NCBI GenBank assembly: GCA_013265495.1 | Contig: MU058444.1 | Coordinates: 1,860,001-1,924,000, forward strand | Direction of reading: 5' to 3' | Source of the DNA: Vicugna vicugna | Lineage: Eukaryota | Length of the DNA: 64,000 bases | Shown here: in pieces, positions 51,779-63,264 of the stretch | Layout: each line of letters begins with the position of its first letter | Numbering within the stretch: position 1 is the stretch's first letter | Notes under the pieces: model-generated | Seen by the model: only the letters and a program-made list of their open reading frames with translations | The model's database searches: none | Told to the model about the DNA's origin: nothing | Program-made: the position numbers and the translations under genes

Positions 51779-51869
51779 AAATCATTAAAAACTAAAAATT
51801 GTTTAAAGTCCTAAGTAAATCCAGTTAAATATATACGTCCTTTATGTATTTTTGGTTTTGTTTTTGATA

Positions 51870-52090
51870 TATTTTTATGGAAGTATAGTAGGTTTACAAT
51901 GCTGTGTCAATTTCTGGTATACAGCACAACGCTTCAGTCATCTAGGAACACACATATATTTGTTTTCATATTCTTTTTCACTGTAAGTTACTACAAGATA
52001 TTGAATATGTTTCCCTGTGCTCTACAGTATGAACTTGTTGTTTATCTATTTTATGTATATTAGTATCTGCAAATCTCAAACTCCCAATTT
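51870..52090 (-). mobile_element. Short L1 3'-terminal fragment
   Basis: 'gaagtatagtaggtttacaatg...ccctgtgctctacagtatgaacttgttgtttatctatttt...ctcaaactcccaattt'. Confidence 0.92.
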
Positions 52091-52229
52091 CCTTTAATCA
52101 TATTTTTGTTTTCTTGTAGCACGTAGAAAAACTACCTATCCAAGCACCATAGTAAAAGACAAAAGATGAATGAGACAATTAGTAAGCGGCCCTCAGAACA
52201 AGATTTGGAGGGAAAAACAGCATAACTAG

Positions 52230-52500
52230 CAATGTAAATATCCATCAAGAAACGACCAGATGAAGAAACTGTGACATATTCATACGTCATTCTCACAATA
52301 AAAAGAAATCAACTGTTGATAGACTCAAAACCAGTGTAAGTCAAACATTCTGCTCAGTGAAAGTGGCCAGAAACAAAAAAGTGTATGATTCTACTTATAC
52401 AAAATTCTAGAAGCGGCAAACTCATCTGTAGTGAACTAACGGGGGTTTCACTGGTTGCTGGGGTCATGGATCAGACAGAGAAACAAGCAGCAATGACAGC
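52230..52500 (+). mobile_element. Old L1ME-like 3' remnant
   Basis: 'aatatccatcaa...aaactgtgacatattcat...gtatgattctacttatacaaaattctagaagcggcaaact'. Confidence 0.65.
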
Positions 52501-53556
52501 TGGTGAGTTTCCCAAAACATCTGTTTAATGGGCAGAAGGAAGAATGCGGCTGACACGGAGCAGTAGCGGGGGAGGGACCTGGAGGGATGTGGCCCGCGGG
52601 GCAGGGGTAGGGGGTTGTAAGAGGAAAGAATTGACTGGTTGATAGTGTGAATCTAAGATCGTGGTTGAAACGCATCCACTGGCTGCAACATTTGAGGGGA
52701 CGTCGACTACCTCATCAGAGCATTTTCTGAAGAGCAGGACCATGGACACCAGTAGCCTGAAACTCCCTCAGTGAGGAAGGGATGGGGGAGGGAGGGGGGA
52801 TGCAGACATGGGTTTCGGTGTCTTGCATGAGAAAAGAAGATAAAGACACGACAGTAACCAGAAGGGGAGAAGAGGAAGGGGAGAGAATTTTCCTTTATGA
52901 GAGAAGCATGAGCATCTTTACACACATAAGGGAATAAACAAGCAGAGAGGGAACAGTTCGACACAGGAGGCCAAGGAGAGGCAGGCTCCAGGAAGGCTGA
53001 GTGGGTGGGTAGACAGATTTTTTGGAGAGGGACAACAAGGAGGGACATGGTGTATCTTATGGCCTCAATTTTATCAATAAATTAGGACGTGATGAAATTT
53101 GACGTGAGCTGTTGCAATAGGATAGGGGTCTTGGGAGGTTACAGATAAGACAAAACAAGGAGGGGTCACTGGAAACACTCTGGGCTAGTCTCAAAGGGAG
53201 ATGACGCATGACCTAGGATTTTCATCATCGAAGACCCAGGGGGAGGAGAGTGCGGGTCCACTTCAGGAAGAGAGAATTAAATATAGATAAGATATAGATG
53301 AAAATAGGTAATAAATAGATAAGTAGGCTTCAGCAAAATAACATGTACTCATTGTTGCTCCCCACCCTACTCTCCTGCCCAGAAATTTATATTCATACAA
53401 GTTAAATCTTTAAGATTAAAGGACGAGGGGATGGGGAGAAGAGGGCTCCAGGACCCCAAGGACCCACAGGGGATCACGTAATGTTGTGTATGACCTTGAT
53501 GAAAATAAACCAGAAGTTAGAAGACTGCTAAGCCTTGTGTGCCATTTAGACTGCAA

Positions 53557-53597
53557 ACACACACACACACACACACACATACACATGTGCACACACA
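53557..53597. repeat. (CA)n microsatellite
   Basis: Seen directly. Confidence 0.95.
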
Positions 53598-53617
53598 GTG
53601 ATCACAGACTGCACACC

Positions 53618-53748
53618 TTTTTTTTGGAGGGAGGAGGAGGTAATTAAGTTTGTTTGTTTGTTTGTTTATAGAGGAGGTGCTGGGGATTGAACCCAGGACT
53701 TTGCGCACGCTAAGCATGCGCTCTACCACTTGAGCTATACCCTCCCCC
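53618..53748 (-). mobile_element. Vic-1-type SINE
   Basis: Reverse complement of the SINE head and tail; TSD tgcacac(c/g)tttt on both sides. Confidence 0.93.
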
Positions 53749-53899
53749 TGCACACGTTTTTAATTCAATACAGCTCAGTGAGCTTTCTCATTCTTTTATA
53801 AAGCTGAATAATACATCCTGCTTTTAATGTATTATCGTTCCTTGAACCAGAGTTGTTTTTTAAAGAGGATTTGTCTTTTGTCCACTTTTGAGTCATTTT

Positions 53900-54386
53900 T
53901 TTTTATTTTATGAGAGTTGTTGATGGACATTTACATTGTTGTCAGGGCTTTTTCCCTTTATAGACAATGCTGCACTGAATAAGTTTGTACTTATGGCCTT
54001 TTGCCTGGATACAAATAAATCTGGGAAATGAATTCCTGGAAATGGAATTGGCAGGCGATGGAGCAGGCGATCTCACATTTGATACCATATCATTTTACAC
54101 TCCCAGGCAAAACATGAGGGTACCTCTCTCCTCACAACCTCCCCAACACGACATTTTAACAAAATTTTCTATCTTCACTAATCAGACAGGTTTAAAAATG
54201 GCATCTCAATGTAATTTCAGTTTAATCTGCATTCCTCTTTATGCAAGGATATTGAGCGCCTTTTCATATATTTGGGAGTCACTTTGTGTTTCCTGTTCTG
54301 AGATCCGTCTATTCATTTCCTTTGCCCACGTTCCTTTGGGCAGTCGGTCCTTTTCTTACTGGTTTTTATAAACTCTTTATATATAC
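53900..54386 (-). mobile_element. Old L1M remnant (appears to resume at ~55370-55530)
   Basis: 'gttgatggacattt...tggcatctcaatgtaatttc...ctattcatttcctttgcccac'. Confidence 0.7.
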
Positions 54387-55368
54387 CATAGATGCTTATT
54401 ATTCAAGAATTCTTTACCTGTGAATTTACCCCCTTGCTAAAATTTATTTGTAATCCTCAAATCAATGCTCCAAGTGCTTTTGTGCTCATTCACAGAGACG
54501 CACAGAGGGGTGAAAAATCCAAGTCACCCAGTGTGCGTGTTCCTGGCTGAGGTCAAACAAGGCCATATCCTGCCTTCTTGTTTCAGCTCCCATGCTACAA
54601 AAAAGTGTCCCTTTCATGGTCGACTTAGTGCCATACTTTTCACATTTTTGTGTGTTTTTTTTTAATTGAAGTATAGTCAGTTAACAAAGTTGTGCCAATT
54701 TCTGGTGTCCAGCACAATGTTTCAGTCATGCATGAACACACATATATTCATTTTCATAATCTTTTTCACTGTAAGCTACTACAAGATATCGAATATAGTT
54801 CCCTGTGCTACACAGTATAAACCTGTTTATCAGATTTGTGGCGAATTTTGTCTTTTGAAGAAGGCGATGTTCTGTCAAAGTTCAGCAGGTGTTCTGAGTG
54901 GATGGGTGGGTCTGTGGGTGTCCCTCTTGGTGTATTCGTGGGAGAGGGTGAGCTAACAGCGTCCTTCTACTCCGCCATCTTGGCCGCTCCCCTCCATTGT
55001 TGTGTTTTTATTAATTGGTGATTTGGCTATTGAAAATATTCCTTCTATGTGCAGTGCTAAAGTCTGTCTACAGTTCCTAAGAGCAAGAAGGCTGTGAAGT
55101 GCCCTGGGGACAAAATCTGTGTGTTTGATATGCTTCATTCAGTCATGAGCTATAGTGCTGGTGGCTATGGATATACTGCATCAGGTGTCCTTAAACAGAA
55201 ACACACCTAAAACATGTAAGGTTATTTACTGACTGGCTGACAAAAATACCACGACCAAAAGCTCGCAGGAAAAGACCGCTGTATCTCCCCAGGAGCAATG
55301 GCTCAGTATTTGATAGCATAGTGTGGCTGTGACTTCACAGAGCACAACTATCTAGAATAATGCAACCA
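54387..55368. mobile_element. Tigger-group DNA-transposon fossil (MER82-like), split by the mini-L1
   Basis: 'ctaaaatttatttgtaatcc...gctgaggtcaaacaagg...ttttcacatttttgtg' resumes as 'ttggtgatt...gcaagaaggctgtg...aaacagaaacacac'. Family name from recall. Confidence 0.75.
54655..54995 (-). mobile_element. Bipartite mini-L1: 165 nt of L1 5' UTR fused to ~170 nt of L1 3' UTR plus poly(A)
   Basis: Minus strand begins GGAGGGGAGCGGCCAAGATGGCGGAGTAGAAGGACG (L1 5' start with YY1 motif). It switches at 54831/54830 to ATAAACAGGTTTATACTG (L1 3' UTR) and ends in A9. TSD matches 12/14 (54644-54657 and 54996-55009). Confidence 0.88.
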
Positions 55369-56622
55369 TTTGAGAAATTAGCTCTTCATGGCATAAGTTG
55401 CAGTAATTGTGTCTAGCTTGTCATTTGTCTTTTCATTTTGCTTATTTTTTGGCAGGGATGTTTTTATGTGGTCAAATTGATGAAGTTATATTTACTACAC
55501 ACTTCCGGCTATTGTGATTTAGTTAGAAGGGGGAAAATGAGTAAACAGAAGAAACATCCGAATCCAGGTATTACCCATCGACTGGTCTGCAGACCTCTGC
55601 CCAAGCGGAAATGCGCAGTCTCTCCAAACATTCAAATAAAGCCCACCCGATAGAGAGGTAAAGAGAGATTATATGACTGCTACTTCAAAGAGAAGCAACT
55701 GGACTCCCAGGGGTACTATTTCACTTTGTCCTTGAAATATTTATCTGGGAACGGCATGAACTCATGGCCTCAGTTACACACATGAAACAAAGGAAAGCTT
55801 TCACTTCCGTTTCTACATCATTTGCAGTAGGAATATTGTTATATTTTTGGTGTTACCTTTACCTTCACCCAACATAAGCTACAAAAGTTGCTTTGGGTAA
55901 TCATCATCCCACAAAAGAACGAAGAGCTACCTTCTGGCAAAGAGAGAGGTATTTTGTCAATTAACAGCTAAGAGAGTCCATAAGTTGTATTTTAATCAAG
56001 TTGCAAGTGGCAAGCTGACTCCAAATTGGGAGTCACGCTTCCAGCACCTCAGCTCCTCAAATCTCAGGTGGTGGCCACTTTTCAGGCTCCAGTAGCAAGT
56101 CCCTTACACAATAGCACCATGCTAACCTTCTCCTGGTCCACAGTCCCCTTTGCCAGTAACTTGACCTCAGCAACAGATATGTATCTGTGACCTACGTGCA
56201 AATTATTCCTGATGACAAGGATACAGAACGGTAAAAAGGAGACCAACGAAAAGCATCTGATCTGACCAGCAGTCAAGTTTACCACCACTAGGGCAATAAG
56301 CAGACCACACCTGTCAGAGCTGGTGAGCTTTATTATGTATACGTGTTGGATTTCCCACATTTGTGCATTTTAATGCCCAGACACTGCATGTGGAATGCCC
56401 AAGTCCTCCCTTCTAATTCACCATTGGTTATTCCAAAATACTTGTGTTTCATATGAAACAAAAGCACGGTATTGTCCCCACATTCCCATAATTTTATAGA
56501 CAAATCTAGTGGATGTACTGCTGTTCTTTAAGAAGACGGGCTTATGAAGAGGCAGGTATCACTGGAGGTAAGGTGGGAGAGTAGGGTCTCAGGTCCCCCC
56601 AGCCTCCTTCCCTTTCTGCCAG

Positions 56623-56979
56623 CAACAGACTGAACTGCGTCCTCCCCGAATTCAGATGTTGAAGCCCTAACACCCAATGTGACTGCATTTGGTGATAGGC
56701 TTTTAGGAGGAAATTAAGGCTGAGGTCATAAGGGTGGGGCCCTAATCCGATACAGTTGGTGGCTTCACCCATAAGACGAGGAAGAGCTAGCCTGCTCTCA
56801 CTCTCTGGCTCTCTCCACTTGTGCAGGGAGGAAAAGCATGTGATTACACATCACAATGGGCCATCTGCAAGCTGGGAGGGAGTGCTCACCAGAACATGAC
56901 GTGCGGGAGGACATAAATGTCTGCTGTCCAAGCCCCCAGTCTGTGGTGTTTGCTGTGGCAGCGCGAGCTGACTGGGGCA
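56623..56979 (+). mobile_element. MaLR LTR (MLT1A/B-like)
   Basis: 'gactgaactgcgtcc...gttgaagccctaac...agggtggggccctaatcc...ataaatgtctgctg...gctgactggggca'. Confidence 0.85.
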
Positions 56980-58239
56980 CTGCATCTGCTTGACTCAAGG
57001 GGCTGGTGCTCCCATGCTGGTTCTGAACACTTTTCCCCACGTGGCCCCCAGCCCCACCTCAATACACCCATGGTCCTAACCATTTAAGCAACTTCCTCCT
57101 CCTCTTCTCACTGTTCTTGGAGCCCTGTTCTCTGAGGTAATGGATGATCTGATCAACTACTGCCTGCTACATTGTCACATTTATTTAATGCCCTCCTAAC
57201 CCAAGTAACTAGAGTCAGAGCAGATCTCTTGATACCTGTCCAAGTTCCTTGCACAGATTTGATAAGGGCCCAACAATCCTGACAACCCTGAGCTTCTCTG
57301 GAATCTGGCAAAAGAAGAGGACAAAGAAGCAATGAGCTGGAAGGGTCACCATCCAAGGCAAACTACCGCCTTCATCATCTGGTCCCTACTCCTGGGAACA
57401 GCCCAGTTCTCTGGCTTCCTATTTGACAGCCCTTCCACACACACCATTGCCTTCCTCAGTAACTTGAAGATACTAATAATTTTTTAAAAGCTAAAATGTG
57501 ATCACTTCAGATGCTGAAGCAGATCTTCTCATTTGAAAGTAAAGGGGCCTTTCAGACCATCTCCCCATAGCTTGATGCTTTTATTCCAGTTACCCACATG
57601 TAAGTGAGTATGCATCTTGGTCCACAAATTCAAAGATGCAAGAAGTACCCATTTTAAAACTTTTTTTCCCCTGAGATTAAGCAAAATACAATTCCTAGCC
57701 CTTTTCCTGTTAATCTGTGGGGGTATTCGTCCCTCCAAAACCCTGCTCAGTTTGCAGTCACACCAGGATCCAAAAGGTCATGGAAGACTTGTGACAGTTT
57801 GTCGCGATGCCCTGACGTCCTCACTGGTGAATCCCCTGCCTTAAACAGGCATCTCTTAGATGCTTCTGCACCACGAGTGGGTAGCGCACCTAAGTTACAG
57901 CTCACGTGCACCCTGCTTCTCTCCTTTCATCTAAGGAAAAAAAATCTCTCCTCCTCAGACTGTCCTGAAAAGAGCTTAGCAGATTTGTCAAAGCCGAGGC
58001 TTTACAAAAACAAAAGCCAGGAAGAGAAATATCTCACTGACAACTTCTGCTTCCGGCCCAATTACAGAAACTTTCTCCAAGCTGAAAGAACATCAAAGGG
58101 CTTGGTTACCCTTGAGGAACAACAGAGAAAAGGGAAAATACAGAGAGAAAAAGTAATATTTTCCCATAGTATCCTAATCCACAAAAAAACAGGTCCTGAC
58201 AAGAAATATCTGACACGATTACCAGCAAGTTCTTTTTCT

Positions 58240-58385
58240 TTTTATTATTTTTTTAAATTGAAGTATAGTCAATGTGTCAGTTTCTGGAGTACAGCATAAT
58301 GTCCCAGACATGCATATATATACACATATTCATTTTCATATTCTTTTTCTTCAAAGGTTATCACAAATTATTGAATATAGTTCCT
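58240..58385 (-). mobile_element. Short L1 3'-terminal fragment
   Basis: 'ttttttaaattgaagtatagtc...cattttcatattctttttc...ttgaatatagttcc'. Confidence 0.88.
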
Positions 58386-58879
58386 CATAACAGCATCAGC
58401 CCAAGAGGAAAACTCACTCCCAGCTCTTAGTAATTCCCTAGAAGCCACTTCATCTCTCTGCACTACATTTGGTCTATTTGTGCCTTCAACACACTTTCAT
58501 AAGCACTCCTCTCCACAAGAACCTGGGGAGCGTGTGGTGTAGGTCTTGGGGTTTAAAGACATGCCTTGACCTCAAGCTACACAGAATCAGCACAGAGCCG
58601 GTTGCCAGGACAGCCACGTGTCCAGGATGCTACAGGAGTGCCAAGGAAGGGAGTACGATGTGACCTGGTGCGAGCAGTGTGCACTGAGTCTCGCACAGTA
58701 GATGGCACCCAGGCCAGGATGCTGGAAGGACAGCTCTAAGGGAGCAGCACCAGCAAGAAAAGTGATACATGAGGAGTCATCAGGGACCCAGTCCCAGTGC
58801 TGCTCACCTCCACGGTGATGTCTCCTCATGGCAGTAAGGTAACTTGGAATAGCTTAAGGGAACGAAGTTATATGCTAAG

Positions 58880-59153
58880 ATCTGCCTAGTAGCTTAAACA
58901 TGTTAACAACATGTTAAACAACATTTTATTATCTTGCACGTCTGCAGGTTACAAGTCTGACTCAGATCTCATGGGGCTAAAGTCAAGGTGTTGGCAGAGC
59001 TGAGTTCCTTCTGAAATTTCTAGAGGAAAATTCATTTCCTTGCCTTTTCTGGCTTTCTTAGCACATGAGCTCCTTCTTCCTTCTTCAGAGCCAGCAAAGG
59101 CAGGTCAAGTCTTTCTCATACTGCATCACCATGACCTTTTCTGTCTCCTTCCC
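58880..59153 (-). mobile_element. MaLR LTR fragment (MLT1D-like)
   Basis: 'gtagcttaaac...gggctaaagtcaaggtgttggcagagctg...ttccttgccttttct'. Confidence 0.75.
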
Positions 59154-59712
59154 TGGATACAGGAAAATGGGGCATGGGAGGATGGCCATGTCCCAGGTCT
59201 TTGGCGAGTCCCTGGGATGCACCACATCAAGTGAGGGTCCTTGGCTTCATGCAGGAAAGAATTCAAGAGCGAATCACAGTAGAGTGAAGGCAGATTTATT
59301 CAAGACAGATGCATACTTCATAGACAGAGTGAGGGCCGCCTCAGAAGGCGAGAAAAAGGCCACAAGGTGTGGAGTTGTTGGTTTTTATGGGCTTGGTAAT
59401 TTCATACACTGACAAGTAGCAGGATTATTCCAACTACTTTGGGGAAGGGGCTGGGATTCCTGGGAACTGGGCCACTACCCACTTTTTGACCCTTTATGGT
59501 CAGCCTCGAAACTGTCATGGCATCTGGGAGGTCATTCACCACGCTAATAAATTATAATGAGTGTATAATGAAGCACAAGGTCTAACGGGAGTCAAATCTC
59601 CTGCCATCTTGATCCTCAAGGTCTACCGGGAGTGGAAACTCTCACCATCTTGACGCTAATGCCCATGTTCTTCTTTTAATGGTTGTGCCTTGTTCCCTTC
59701 CCTCCTATCTCA
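59154..59712 (-). mobile_element. ERV1-type solo LTR
   Basis: TG...CA ends ('tggatacagg' ... 'cctatctca'), minus-strand AATAAA at ~59295, and internal repeated 'ccatcttga' modules. Confidence 0.75.
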
Positions 59713-59724
59713 CATCTGCGTAAC

Positions 59725-60490
59725 AAATTTTTAATGAAGTGAAATCCACGTAACATAAAATTACCATTTGAAAGCGTACAACTCACTGACATTTAACAGA
59801 TTCACAGTGTTGTACAACCACCATTTATATCAAGTTCCAAAATATTTTAATTACCTAAAAAGAAAACTCATTAAGCAGTCACTTCCCCCCCTGCCCCAGT
59901 TCCTGACAACCACTCATCTTATTTCTGTCTCTACAGATTTACCTGTTCTGAGTACCTCATATAAATGGAATCCTACAATAGGTGACCTTTGGGGTCTGGC
60001 TTCTTTCACTGAGCGTGTTTTCCAGGTTCCATGTTGTAGCACCTATCAGTATTGCTTCATGCTTTTTATGGCCGAGCGGTATCCCAGTGTATGGCTAGGC
60101 CACACTTTGTCTACGTGTTCACCCTTGGATGAGCATTTAGGTGGTTTCCACTTTTAGCTCATGTGAATTGTGATGCTATGAGCATTTGTCTTCAAGTGTT
60201 AGAGTGCCTGTTTTTAGTTCTTCCAAGTAGATTCTCAGGACTGGAATTGCTGGATTATATCAGAACTCTTTTGAAGAAACCACCAACCTATTTTCTCCAG
60301 CAACTTCATCATTTTACATTCCTTCCATTAATGCGTGAGGGTTCCAATCTCTCCAAGTCCTTGTCAACACTTCCTGGTTTGGGGGGGGGGGTTGTATTAC
60401 AGCTAGTCTGCTGCGTGTGAGGTGGTATCTTCTTGTGTTTTTGATTTGTGTTTCCTTAATGATTAATGATGCTTAGCATCTTTTCAAGAT
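59725..60490 (-). mobile_element. Old L1MB-like 3' region
   Basis: 'gtgaaatccacgtaacataaaattacc...cacagtgttgtacaaccacc...gtggtatcttcttgtgtttttgatttg'. Confidence 0.85.
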
Positions 60491-62149
60491 TTGCTTTTAA
60501 ATAACTGAATTTGGAGGTGGTGAAAGATTTTAAAGGAAGTGAAAAGGAAGGTAGGAAAATCAGTTTTACAGATTGACTCTGATGAAGCCATGAACAAACC
60601 ACGGGAGTGGGGAAAGAGAAGAGGAAACAAACTGGAGAAAAATTTAAAAAGTAAAATTGTTGGAATTTAGGGAACAGTTGATCTGCATGTTAAAGGGAAG
60701 GGAGACGTCAAAGGGCTCCACCCTCCTCATCCATCCCTAACAGGGAAGGGCGGGGCCAGGTGGCCCAGACGCGCCCAGCACTGATGGTCTATCTCAGAGG
60801 AACTTGACCTCACAAATATCAAGAAGGCTTATGAGGTGAAATTTACCCAGAGCTTCATAAAATTGACGTTGCACTTGACATATTACCTCCTTCTAAGAAA
60901 AAACCCTTCTCAGGACAGAGACAGCTGAGACAGGACAACATTTAAGTGGAAACAACTGAACTTAATTATTTAAAAATTGTTAATTTAAGTAATTAATTTA
61001 AAGCAATGTAGCCCCTAAATATCAGTCATTGTGTTTTACATAACTTTCCACTAGTCAAGCGCCAGGGACTGGTCACCCGGATTAAGCCTACTGCCCTGTC
61101 AAAATGGGAATACGGATTCTAATAGGAATTTTTAAACTCTGCACAATGACAATAAGCCAATGCTCCAATTCCCAATTAAAGACCTAAGAGTTTTATTTTA
61201 AAGTGGCATAATTCCCTGATAAGAAAGGCCAAGGTTACATTAGGATTAACCAATTGCATAATGTGCAATTTCTTTGATTTGGGTTCTGGTTCTCTCCATT
61301 CTTACAGAAAAATGCCAACGTTGTCACTCTTCAAAACTTAATTTAGACCTGCCTTGATTAGAGCCCAAAAAGTTTCAGTAAGAATGATTCTTCCAAGCTC
61401 TACGTGAATCACCAGGAAATTGTTCATTCTACAATTCTTCTCTTCACAATTTAGGGAAGAATTTGATCCATAAATAAATTTAAGTGATGTAATCTCAACA
61501 AAGAAGAGCACCTACTTTGAAAAAAAACAGGAGTGATCATTGTATCATCATCTGCCTTAAAGCTAAATAAAAACCATTTGATGGCGCCACGGTGAACACA
61601 GGGTATTAGGCGCTACAACCCACCTGGTCACTATAGAACTGTCTTTTTTGAAAGATTGATGTCTCCTTTGGCTTTACCATCCTGTCACTAACATAGCAAA
61701 AGAATGAAAGGATTTTGCCCTCCATAAGCTGTATTAAAACATCTTCCATTTTCTCCAGTGCTTTTCTTCCATTCGTTCGCAACTGCTTGTCATTTCTCTC
61801 TTGGCTTAGTCATCTTCAAGGCACACAATTCCATTCAACCATTAAATTGAATTACCATCCAACCAAGCAATTTATATTCCCTCAATCTTATTCCTAATAA
61901 GATATAAAATGCACATTTTTCTAGGATTCAATGTGATCAGGAAATCATTTCCACTGAGGGTTCATAGGGAGGCCAGGATAAAAGTTACAGGTTGAACTGC
62001 ACAGTCTGTAAAGAAAGGAATCAGAGGAAACATCTTCCTGATCTCGCCTCCCCGGCTCATATACCCAAACTACGTTTACCCTAACGGACCCTGCTCTTAC
62101 TGAGGACTGCCGAGTTCCTGAACCAGTCCTGTAGGGTAGGCAAGCATCG

Positions 62150-63262
62150 CAACTTCTGACTCTCCCATTGTTTCCAATTCTACTTTGCAGGATATTAGGG
62201 AATTAGAAAATGTCCTTCTTTGCCCTAGCCACATTTCGTCTTCAAGTCTATTTTGTCTCATTATAGTACAGATACTCTAGCTCTCTTTACGGTTGCCGTC
62301 TGCATGCAATATCTTTTTCTATCTGTGGTGGAAAATAATAATATAAATGTTTGGTCTTTGTTCCTGGTATCTGGCATAGAGATCCCAAAACCCTTGGCAC
62401 TCACTGTTTTTTGTATGCTAATGAAAGGACTCAGGTTGAGGGAGAGTGGTACCTAAATAGCTTCAGCATGGGAGCTGGTTGTTAAAAAACCAACTGTATG
62501 ATTAGAGGGCTTGAAATTTCAGCCCTAACCCCCAACCTCTGGAACTGGAGATGAAGTTCAGTCACCCATGCCAAGTGATTTAATCAATCGTGCCCACACA
62601 AGTGAAATGGGTAAACCCCGTGGGTGATGGGGTCTGGAGAGCTTCTGATTTGGTGAACACATGCATGTGCCAGGAGGGTGGCATACCCTGCCTCCATGAG
62701 GACAGAGGCTCTTGTGCTTGGGACACTCCCAGACCCCACTCTATGTACCTCTTCATCTGGCCATTCATTTATATCTTTTATAATAAACTATAATTGTAAG
62801 TAGAGCACTTTCTTGAGTTCTAGATTGGTCTACAAATTATTGAAACGAGATGGTGGGGGTGCTGGTCAGTGGAAACTCCAAATTTGCTGTCAGTTGAGCA
62901 CAAGTGTGGGTTGCCCGGGAACCCCACTTGCAGCTAGGTTTGAAGTGGAAGCAGCTTTTGGGATTAAACCCTTTAACTTGTGGGAAAAAATGCTAACTTC
63001 ATATAGGTTGTGTCAGAATAGGATTGGATTGTCGGACACCCAGTTGATGTGAGAGGACTGGAGAATTGATGTGAGGGATAGCATGCATTTGGCGTCCAAA
63101 AATACACACAGCATCCTTTTATTTCAACCTAGTTGTTGTGTGAGTCTAAAGCATGTCTGTTTTAGATATCAAATAGTTGGACCTTGTTTTCTTATCAGTC
63201 TGACAATGACTATCTTCTGACTGGGTTGTTCTATTCCTTCATATTTAACATTATTATTGATA
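62150..63262 (-). mobile_element. Old L1M ORF2 remnant split by the MER21-like LTR
   Basis: 'aagtctattttgtct...gcatgcaatatctttttctatc' resumes as 'catccttttatttcaacct...atagttggaccttgtttt'. Confidence 0.6.
62324..63110 (+). mobile_element. MER21-like LTR
   Basis: 'tgtggtgg...cccaaaacccttgg...gagagcttctgatttggtgaacacat...aggagggtggcatacc...ggacactcccagacc...tcggacacccagttg'. Confidence 0.8.
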
Positions 63263-63264
63263 TA

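Noticed and set aside
56445..56460. Perfect 16-bp palindrome TGTTTCATATGAAACA
   Set aside because: About one such palindrome is expected by chance in 64 kb (64000/4^8).
2129..58299. Longer ORFs in the track (e.g. 2129-2632, 14979-15437, 24654-25112, 32585-33043, 47518-47961, 57799-58299) as host genes
   Set aside because: No recognisable domains. Several overlap repeats or the duplication, and many start at non-ATG codons. Their lengths are what chance gives in mammalian DNA.
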